This document shows, piece after piece, positions 56,684 to 64,000 of a stretch of DNA of 64,000 bases (within the stretch, counting starts at the first letter, position 1; every line of letters begins with the position of its first letter). Below the pieces are notes generated by a model. That model ran no database searches, had not been told where the DNA came from, and was given only the letters and a program-made list of their open reading frames with translations. The position numbers and the translations under genes were made by a program. The stretch is from Bacteroidales bacterium UBA5515. Its GTDB lineage: Bacteria; Bacteroidota; Bacteroidia; Bacteroidales; P3. Where the stretch lies: assembly GCA_002423895.1 (NCBI GenBank), contig DIOL01000035.1:2161-66160 (forward strand). Direction: 5' to 3'.

Positions 56684-56872
56684 CAGAATTTATTCCTTGT
56701 TTAAATAAATTTTTACTTGATTTCAGTAAATTTATTCATGATATAAATAAATTCTTATCTAAGATAAATTTACTTTTTATTGGATTTAAATAGGCGTAAT
56801 TAGTCTCTCAAATGCTTATTAAAGCAAATGTTTTTTATTTCTATAAGTAGAAGGAGAAATAGGGGGATATTA

Positions 56873-58180
56873 TTAGAATGATTCTCCGTCTTTATTCTCT
56901 ATTTCCATTATTTCTGATGATGATGCTTCATTTAAGGAAGCATTTGTTTTGGTTTTTCTTTTGGGATGAAAGAAAAAACGCATAAAAATATTGGCTTTTG
57001 GGTAGCGTTCAATGATGAAAATAAGAATTGAACAAAGAAGAATGGAAAATAAAACTGTTGCATAAACAACATTCTTTATCATATCTCCTTGAGCAAGCCC
57101 CATTTGTTCGGGAATTGAAGCCAAAACTGCTGCTGCAAGTCCTTTGGGTATCATTAATGATATTATGCTTTTGTCAAAACCATTAGATTGCTTTGGAGAA
57201 AAGAATTTGGCTATGAAAATTCTCATAATTAGAAGCACAACAGTAAAACTTAAGCCAGCAAATAGTGCAATTGTGTTATCAAAAGGAATGGAAATGCCTA
57301 TGTAAACGAAAAAGAAGGTCTTTAGAACGAAAACTAACTCGCCTAAAAAGTCTTTTTCGCCATCTGTAAGTTTTAATTCTCTATTTTTTTGGTAGCGTTC
57401 TAAAAATTTAAAGTGGAAATACTCCATGTTGGATATTGTTATTCCTACAGCCAATGCAGCAATTGCCCCACTAAAACCAAGTGTCTCGGCTATTCCATAA
57501 ACAATAAAAAGATAAGCAGGAGTTAGAAACATTGAGTTTTTAAATGTTCTGATTTTCTGCAAAAGGCTTGACCAAACAATTCCACTTGCAAATCCTATAA
57601 TTGTTGCCATAACGAAAGAAGAAAAAACTCCTCCAGCAACAGAACCAAAATTAACTCCATTTCCTTCTTTTGATGCTTCCATAAAGGCTAATGCCAAAAC
57701 AAAACAAATAATATCTGTGATTGCACTTTCCAATACTAAGGCAGTTTTTGTGCTTTTGCCAAGTTTTAGGTGTTGAGTTAAAGGAATTACCACTGCAGAT
57801 GATGTTCCTGAAAGAATTACTCCAACAATTAAACTATTGATGAAAGTTAGACCAATAAGCATGCAAATGGATGTAACCAAAATAATTGAGCCTATAACTG
57901 AAGATATAGTTAGTGTAATGGTAGGTTTCCATGATAGTTTAAGGTCGTGAATACTAATATCCAGTCCTCCATCAAAAAGAATTACAATAAGGACAATGGA
58001 TGTGAAGATGGTGCCAGCTTTTCCTAAGAAATCGGGATAAACAAGTCCTAAAACTGGTCCAATAATAATACCAATCAAAAGCAAGAGAAGAACATCGGGT
58101 ATTTTCTTTTTTGAAAAAATCATAGCAAAAAGATGTGCTGCAAAAATCAATAGGCCTATAAAAATTATTGCTTCTCCCAT
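56873..58180 (-). CDS. Cation:proton (Na+/H+) antiporter
   Basis: About 11-12 TM segments, Na_H_Exchanger-like sequence, short polar tail. Confidence 0.8.
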   Translation of the reverse strand: MGEAIIFIGLLIFAAHLFAMIFSKKKIPDVLLLLLIGIIIGPVLGLVYPDFLGKAGTIFTSIVLIVILFDGGLDISIHDLKLSWKPTITLTISSVIGSIILVTSICMLIGLTFINSLIVGVILSGTSSAVVIPLTQHLKLGKSTKTALVLESAITDIICFVLALAFMEASKEGNGVNFGSVAGGVFSSFVMATIIGFASGIVWSSLLQKIRTFKNSMFLTPAYLFIVYGIAETLGFSGAIAALAVGITISNMEYFHFKFLERYQKNRELKLTDGEKDFLGELVFVLKTFFFVYIGISIPFDNTIALFAGLSFTVVLLIMRIFIAKFFSPKQSNGFDKSIISLMIPKGLAAAVLASIPEQMGLAQGDMIKNVVYATVLFSILLCSILIFIIERYPKANIFMRFFFHPKRKTKTNASLNEASSSEIMEIENKDGESF

Positions 58181-58198
58181 TTCCTTAAGTTTTTATTA

Positions 58199-59923
58199 TT
58201 AATAGTCTAAATCTACATCAAAGTCGGCTCTTAATTTCAATAAAGCAGGTTGTTTTTTAGCAAGAAAATTAAATTTATCAACTGGACGATAAAGTTTTTC
58301 CTTAACCTCATCTTGAACTATTTTTATTTTAAAACGAAAACTTGAACAATTGGTCGTTTTCCTGATTATTCTGACAATTTCATGTCTTCCTGCTTCAAAT
58401 TCTTTTTCCTGCATAGAGTTAAGAAAGGTTATTGTTGTAGAGTTATCATTATTGTTTTCTATTTCACAATTGGTAAGAATAAAGTATAAATTAGGCTTAG
58501 AGTCTTTAATTGCATCGGCATATTCGTTAAGTTTCTCCATAAACAAATTCCAATCCAAAGCAATTGAGGCAGGATTAAGTTTTGCCTTTTCCTCATCATC
58601 AGCCTTTATAGTGTTTTCAATATTTGCATTTATAGAAAAAGAACTTGTTTTAGGAAGATTAATCTTAATGGCAGGCGAGCTTTTCTTTTCTTTTTCTACG
58701 GGTTGCTCTTTAGGAGTTTCTTCTAACTTTGGAGTTTGGGGTTGCTGGACTCCAACTTCTTTATCCTCGTTGTTGCTTTGTTTGGTTTCATCTAAGCTTT
58801 GCCTGGGAAGCGATGCTTTAGGTTTCAACTTATTCATTATGTTGGCCATCTTCAAAAGAGCCAACTCAACGCAAAGACGTCTGTTTGAAGCATTGCGATA
58901 TTCAATTGCACAAGTGTTTGCAAAGTCTAATGCTCGAAGAATAAAGGTTACTGGACACTCTGCAGCTTGAGAAATGTATTTTTGTTGAACGCTATTGCTT
59001 GTTTGCATTAAAACAATTGTTGAAGGATCCTTACTGACTAATAAATTTCTTAAGTGAGAAGAAAGTCCATTGATGAAATGAGAGCCTTCAAATCCTTTTT
59101 CCAAAACTTCATTGAATAACAATAGAGTATTTTGTAAATCTGTCTTTAAAAGATTATCAACAAAACGGAAATAATAGTCATAATCCAAAATATTTAAGTT
59201 CTCAATAATATTGGAATAGGTAAGATTTCCATTTGTGAAAGAAACCAACTGGTCAAACATAGAAAGTGCATCACGTAAACCACCATCAGATTTTTCAGCA
59301 ATAATATGTAAAGCTTCAATATCTGCTTTAACGTTTTCTTTCTTTGCAATATATTCTAAATGTTGAACAATGTCTTTGTTTTCAATTCTATGAAAGTCGA
59401 AAATTTGACAACGGGAAAGAATTGTAGGAATAATCTTATGCTTTTCTGTTGTAGCAAGTATAAACTTTGCATAAGCAGGTGGTTCTTCCAGTGTTTTCAA
59501 GAATGCATTGAAAGCTGCAAGTGAAAGCATATGAACCTCATCAATTATATATACCTTGTATTTTCCTCCTTGTGGTGGAATGCGAACCTGTTCAACCAAA
59601 GCACGAATATCTTCAACAGAATTATTTGAAGCAGCATCAAGCTCAACTATATTAAATGCAGAATTTTCATTAAAAGACAGACAGTTTTCACACTCATTAC
59701 ATGCCTCCATCTCATCTGTTCTGTTTGTGCAGTTGATGGTTTTAGCCAAAATTCTTGCACAAGTTGTTTTACCAACTCCTCTTGGACCACAAAATAAAAA
59801 GGCTTGGGCAAGTTGGTTTGTGTTAATTGCATTTTGAAGTGTTGTTGTAATGTGTGATTGCCCTACAACACTTTTAAAATTGGCAGGACGATACTTACGA
59901 GCTGAAACTATATAATTTTCCAT
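58199..59923 (-). CDS. dnaX: DNA polymerase III subunit gamma/tau
   Basis: ARKYRP, GPRGVGKTT, DEVHML and the zinc module CNECENC. The ATG at 59923 is preferred over the TTG at 59938. Confidence 0.9.
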   Translation of the reverse strand: MENYIVSARKYRPANFKSVVGQSHITTTLQNAINTNQLAQAFLFCGPRGVGKTTCARILAKTINCTNRTDEMEACNECENCLSFNENSAFNIVELDAASNNSVEDIRALVEQVRIPPQGGKYKVYIIDEVHMLSLAAFNAFLKTLEEPPAYAKFILATTEKHKIIPTILSRCQIFDFHRIENKDIVQHLEYIAKKENVKADIEALHIIAEKSDGGLRDALSMFDQLVSFTNGNLTYSNIIENLNILDYDYYFRFVDNLLKTDLQNTLLLFNEVLEKGFEGSHFINGLSSHLRNLLVSKDPSTIVLMQTSNSVQQKYISQAAECPVTFILRALDFANTCAIEYRNASNRRLCVELALLKMANIMNKLKPKASLPRQSLDETKQSNNEDKEVGVQQPQTPKLEETPKEQPVEKEKKSSPAIKINLPKTSSFSINANIENTIKADDEEKAKLNPASIALDWNLFMEKLNEYADAIKDSKPNLYFILTNCEIENNNDNSTTITFLNSMQEKEFEAGRHEIVRIIRKTTNCSSFRFKIKIVQDEVKEKLYRPVDKFNFLAKKQPALLKLRADFDVDLDY

Positions 59924-59988
59924 ATAAAATATTATCAATAATCTTTGTCAAAAATACGAAAACCCTTTTAAAGAATAAAAATATTAGA

Positions 59989-60267
59989 CTATTTTTCTAT
60001 TATTGCATTGTTTTCTATTCCGTTATTTTTAATGCATGCTTCCTGACATTCACCACATCCAACGCAACGATTTGTTCTTATTCTTGCAACATAAAAAGTG
60101 TCTGGTCCATCAATATAATTAATTTCTCTAACTATCATATTATTTGGACATTCTTTATAACACTTTCCACAATCATTACACTTGTTTTTATTTACTATAT
60201 ATTCATTTGTCAGTTCACAACTACAAAACAAAATAATTATGGAAAAAAGAAATGCTATTTTCTTCAT
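59989..60267 (-). CDS. Small 2x[4Fe-4S] ferredoxin-domain protein with a lipoprotein-type signal peptide
   Basis: MKKIAFLFSIIILFCSC lipobox, followed by the CNDCGKCYKEC and CVGCGECQEAC cluster motifs. Confidence 0.65.
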   Translation of the reverse strand: MKKIAFLFSIIILFCSCELTNEYIVNKNKCNDCGKCYKECPNNMIVREINYIDGPDTFYVARIRTNRCVGCGECQEACIKNNGIENNAIIEK

Positions 60268-60385
60268 ACTGTTTTTAAATTTAGGGCAAAAATACATTTT
60301 TTTATTAATATCATCGGTACAGACAATTATAATTATTTCTATATTTGCGCCTTCATAATGTAAATAATTAATAATAATATTTAAA

Positions 60386-61174
60386 ATGAATTTATTTAGA
60401 CACGCTTTGCTATCTCTATTTTGTATAGCTTTTGTATTACCGTCCTTAGCTCAAACTACAGGAACTTTATCAATTTCTGTAACTACAGTTACTCATAATG
60501 GACAATATAGACCAAAACATATTTTAGCAATTTGGATTGAAGATGCTTCAACAAATGCTTTTGTGAAAACTCGTCTTTTACGTTCTCAAAATACTTCATA
60601 TAGAAAGTATTTGACCAAGTTTAAAACTGCAACTGGCAGTTCTTATAATGTTGTTGATGCTCAAACAGGAGCAACTTATTCTTCGCATAGCACAAGAACA
60701 GCTACTTGGGATGGAAAAGATATTAATGGTAATATTGTACCTGATGGTAATTATAAAGTATGTATTGAATTTACTGAAAGTAATGGTACAGGTCCTTATG
60801 TATTTTACACCTTTAATAAATCAAATCAAGCTGTTACTTTAACTCCTGATAATACTGCAAATTTTCAAGATATAAATATTACTTGGACTCCGTCAACGGC
60901 TTCCATAAATAATATTTCAAATGGGAAAGAAAGTTTTAGTGTATATCCAAATCCTGTGAAAAAATCAGCTCTTATAAATCTTCTTCCTGATTCAAGGAAT
61001 ATTTATGTGGTTGATGTTAATGGAAAGATTGTTGATAGAATAAATAAACCTAACAGTTTATTGAAAAATCAAGTGTTTTGGACTCCAAAAACGGATTTGA
61101 AGAATGGCGTTTATTTTATTGTGGTAGAAAATGATTTTATCAAACAGACAAAGAAAATAGTTTTACAAAGATAA
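60386..61174 (+). CDS. Secreted DUF2271-like protein with a T9SS C-terminal sorting domain
   Basis: Signal peptide, RPKHILAIWIED (DUF2271-like, from memory only), and a C-terminal FSVYPNPVKK...GVYFIVV sorting domain. Confidence 0.55.
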   Translation: MNLFRHALLSLFCIAFVLPSLAQTTGTLSISVTTVTHNGQYRPKHILAIWIEDASTNAFVKTRLLRSQNTSYRKYLTKFKTATGSSYNVVDAQTGATYSSHSTRTATWDGKDINGNIVPDGNYKVCIEFTESNGTGPYVFYTFNKSNQAVTLTPDNTANFQDINITWTPSTASINNISNGKESFSVYPNPVKKSALINLLPDSRNIYVVDVNGKIVDRINKPNSLLKNQVFWTPKTDLKNGVYFIVVENDFIKQTKKIVLQR

Positions 61175-61184
61175 TTTATCAGAT

Positions 61185-61568
61185 ATGAAAAAAGGAATTT
61201 TATCATTAGCATTAATGATGCTAATTGCTTTTGCAGGTTTTTCCTGCAATGTTAAGTTTTTGGTTAATGGTCAAGAAAATATTGACAAAAATGCAATTTA
61301 TAAAGTTGGAGAAGAAATTAAGATAACCATTTTAGTTGATTTTATACATCAACCATGTCAAATAGCAATGGATGAAACTAAATTAAAACTTGATGGTTTG
61401 GAAATTGTAAAAAAAGGAGAGTGGATAAAGAGTGAAGGAACTAATGGTTACTATTTAGAAATGGTTGTGAAAATAAAACCAGACTATCCTAAAGAAGGAA
61501 AACTAACTTTAACAAGAACTTGTACAAATGAAGGTGGTTTTGGTATGTTAAAGTTTAAACATAACTAA
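61185..61568 (+). CDS. Small lipoprotein, unknown function
   Basis: Lipobox FAGFSC. Tightly packed between 60386-61174 and 61575-62810. Confidence 0.5.
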   Translation: MKKGILSLALMMLIAFAGFSCNVKFLVNGQENIDKNAIYKVGEEIKITILVDFIHQPCQIAMDETKLKLDGLEIVKKGEWIKSEGTNGYYLEMVVKIKPDYPKEGKLTLTRTCTNEGGFGMLKFKHN

Positions 61569-61574
61569 TCTTAT

Positions 61575-62810
61575 ATGAGAAAAACACTTTTAGGATTTCT
61601 ATTATTATTTATTCCTTTCTTTTCTAATGCACAATGGAACTGCCCAAGCAAGTTAGGCAGTTTTACAAGACCTATTCCTTTTACTCCAATAAAAGGAGGA
61701 ATTGAGCTAACGGGTTCTGGAGGAATTATTGACGATAACTATTTTGGTTTCTTTGCTGGATATGCTGCATTAGAATATACAAAAAATCAACATACTTTTT
61801 ATGCTGAAGGAGGAATTAAAGCATGGGCAAGATATGATGATGGCTTAAACCAAACTTATGATAATACCTATGGAGGATTTCGTGAAGCCTACTATCAGTT
61901 TCTTAATAAGAAAACAAGTTTGCGTTTAGGTATTCAAACAATTAGATTAGACGATCATTATTTGGTTAATGATAGAGCTGCTGGAGTTAATTTTGGCTTT
62001 GATTATAAGAAACTTTCTTTTCAATTTGCTGGAGGTTCTGTAATGAAACATTTCTCAAGAAATGGTTTGTTTTGTAATGTGGGATATGTTTATGATATTC
62101 TTCATCGTGATAGAGGTTTAATGGGAAATAGATTATTAGAAACAAATTTTGGAGCCTTAACTCTTTCTTATAATAACAAAGGGATTGAAAGAGGACTTAA
62201 TAAAGTTGGATTAGCTATTTATGATGAATTCGGTACAAGGATAGATACTAATGTGTTTATGACAGGGCTGTATGCAACTTTAACTCTACCTTTTGATATA
62301 GAATTAACTCCTGAAGTCTTATATCAAAATTCTCTTTCTAATGATGCGATTTTATATTCATTAGGACTTAGAAAGATGTTTGTTTTGGAAAATTCTCAGC
62401 GTTTTGAGCTTCAAGCAAGAGCTTTGGAAAGTACTCAATTGGACAAAGGAGCAATGATTAAGAACTCTTTCAGTAATCTTTTTCTTGGAGATGTGATACG
62501 CCTTGAAGCAAAAGACTTACCTCTTTATCAAGCATCTTTAAGATATAGTATTCCAAAACATAGTCTTCATTTTAAGATACAATATACTTCTGAGTTTGAC
62601 TCAAATGGATTGTCAGAAATTGATCTTTCAATAGGGAAGAGAATTCTTAAGCAAGTTCAATTATCTGCAATTGGAGGATATATTAAAAGTCCAACATTGG
62701 AACATAAAGATGCATTTTTAGCAAGAATTGAAGCAAGAGTTTATCTGTTTTCTCCACAAATAAAGGATAAAAATGAATTAATTAATAAAATAAAAGCCTT
62801 TCATTTTTAA
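61575..62810 (+). CDS. Outer-membrane beta-barrel protein
   Basis: Signal peptide, beta-strand periodicity, C-terminal Phe. Confidence 0.55.
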   Translation: MRKTLLGFLLLFIPFFSNAQWNCPSKLGSFTRPIPFTPIKGGIELTGSGGIIDDNYFGFFAGYAALEYTKNQHTFYAEGGIKAWARYDDGLNQTYDNTYGGFREAYYQFLNKKTSLRLGIQTIRLDDHYLVNDRAAGVNFGFDYKKLSFQFAGGSVMKHFSRNGLFCNVGYVYDILHRDRGLMGNRLLETNFGALTLSYNNKGIERGLNKVGLAIYDEFGTRIDTNVFMTGLYATLTLPFDIELTPEVLYQNSLSNDAILYSLGLRKMFVLENSQRFELQARALESTQLDKGAMIKNSFSNLFLGDVIRLEAKDLPLYQASLRYSIPKHSLHFKIQYTSEFDSNGLSEIDLSIGKRILKQVQLSAIGGYIKSPTLEHKDAFLARIEARVYLFSPQIKDKNELINKIKAFHF

Positions 62811-62854
62811 GAGAAAGGCTTTTACTAATTTATTAATTTAAAAATAATAATCTT

Positions 62855-63715
62855 CTATAGATAAGATTGAAGTTGTTCGGTTTTGGCTGTTTGTTTTAGT
62901 CTTTTAAGTGCTTTGTCTCTAATTTGACGAACTCTTTCACGAGTAATGTTTATATGGTTTGCAATTTCGTCTAATGTATATCCATGAGTTTGTCCAATTC
63001 CATAGAATAGAGTTATTATATCTCTTTCTCTTTTGTTAAGAACAGATAAAGTACGTTGGATTTCTGTTGAAAGACTTTCCTGCATAACTGTTCCATCAGT
63101 TCCTTTTGCATTATCATCAACATAAACATCAATCAAACTTACATCTTCATCTCCAACCAATGGAGCATCCATTGAAACTGCTCTCATTGAAATTGAAAGA
63201 ACATCATTAAGCTTATCTCTTGAAGTGTCTAATATTTCAGATAGTTCTTCAATTGTTGGATTCCTTTCCAAATATTGTTCTAAACGAGATGATTCTTTTT
63301 TAATCTTGCCTAATGCTCCAACTTGATTCAGAGGCAAACGAACAATTCTGCTTTGTTCTGCAAGAGCTTGAAGAATTGCTTGTCGAATCCACCAAACAGC
63401 ATAAGAAATAAATTTAAAACCTCTTGTTTCATCAAAACGTTTTGCTGCTTTAATTAAACCAAGATTCCCTTCATTAATTAAATCGGGTAAACTTAATCCT
63501 TGATTTTGGTATTGTTTTGCAACAGAGATAACAAAACGAAGATTGGCTTTAACAAGTTTGTCAAGAGCTTCCTGATCTCCATTTCTAATTCTTTGAGCCA
63601 ATAAAACTTCTTCTTCGGCAGAAACCATTTCTTCTCTACCAACATCTTGAAGAAATTTATCCAATGACCCAATTTCTCTATTTGTAATCGATTTAGCAAT
63701 TTTTAATTGTCTCAT
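62855..63715 (-). CDS. rpoD: Primary RNA polymerase sigma factor (sigma-A, Bacteroidota type)
   Basis: Regions 1.2 to 4.2 are present (NLRFVISVAKQY, YAVWWIRQAI, TLDEIANHINITRERVRQI). Length 286 aa. Confidence 0.95.
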   Translation of the reverse strand: MRQLKIAKSITNREIGSLDKFLQDVGREEMVSAEEEVLLAQRIRNGDQEALDKLVKANLRFVISVAKQYQNQGLSLPDLINEGNLGLIKAAKRFDETRGFKFISYAVWWIRQAILQALAEQSRIVRLPLNQVGALGKIKKESSRLEQYLERNPTIEELSEILDTSRDKLNDVLSISMRAVSMDAPLVGDEDVSLIDVYVDDNAKGTDGTVMQESLSTEIQRTLSVLNKRERDIITLFYGIGQTHGYTLDEIANHINITRERVRQIRDKALKRLKQTAKTEQLQSYL

Positions 63716-63771
63716 AAATCCGATATTTAAAACAGTATCTTTCTGTTAAAAAGACACTTTTATGTACCTTG

Positions 63772-63779
63772 CAAAGGTA
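63772..63779 (-). promoter_or_regulatory. -7 box for rpoD
   Basis: CAAAGGTA on the plus strand (reverse complement TACCTTTG). Confidence 0.45.
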
Positions 63780-63846
63780 AATCGTAAATACTCAAAATTT
63801 AAGCTACTATTAAAAAAGTTATTAACGAGTTTTCAACAATATGAGA

Positions 63847-64000
63847 TTAAAGGACTAACATAAAATAGTAAGTTCTAAAATCATTTGGATAGAACCCTTC
63901 AATGATTACTTTTCCTTTCCTTGAATTTAGTGCTTTAATATCATCCTTTGTTATATTTGGATTTCTGTCAAGGCTTGTGATAACAAAACCTTTTTTTATT
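63847..64000 (-). CDS. C-terminal fragment of an unidentified protein (5' end outside the window)
   Basis: Open minus-strand frame ...KKGFVITSLDRNPNITKDDIKALNSRKGKVIIEGFYPNDFRTYYFMLVL with a TAA stop at 63847-63849. Not in the supplied track. Confidence 0.35.
   Translation of the reverse strand, partial: IKKGFVITSLDRNPNITKDDIKALNSRKGKVIIEGFYPNDFRTYYFMLVL

Overview
This is an AT-rich chromosomal segment that reads as an anaerobic member of the Bacteroidota. The evidence is T9SS C-terminal sorting domains, TAnnTTTG -7 promoter boxes upstream of most operons, a 286-aa sigma-A, HydG, lysine-fermentation enzymes and an ADP-forming acyl-CoA synthetase. I call about 52 protein-coding genes and saw no rRNA, tRNA or CRISPR array by eye. 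Housekeeping genes include recG, dapF, trkAH, kbl-tdh, sufS, lon, rpmE, dnaX and rpoD. Between them sit small accessory islets. One islet carries a single-gene SIR2-STAND (Avs-like) defence candidate at 8731-11649. Another is a 4.7-kb island (25.4-30.1 kb) flanked by about 85-bp direct repeats of a promoter/leader module. It contains three small exported-protein cassettes separated by conserved inter-cassette repeats, plus an opposite-strand 495-aa protein with an internal duplication and two Rx4H (HEPN-like) motifs. The least explained signal is non-coding. At least seven intergenic tracts consist of tandem short palindromes phased at 21-23 bp (exactly 22 bp in several). The palindrome core differs at every locus, but the loci share flank motifs and units occur in both orientations. 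They are not CRISPR arrays and not a single-sequence REP family. All functional calls come from motif recognition by eye; no database search was run.
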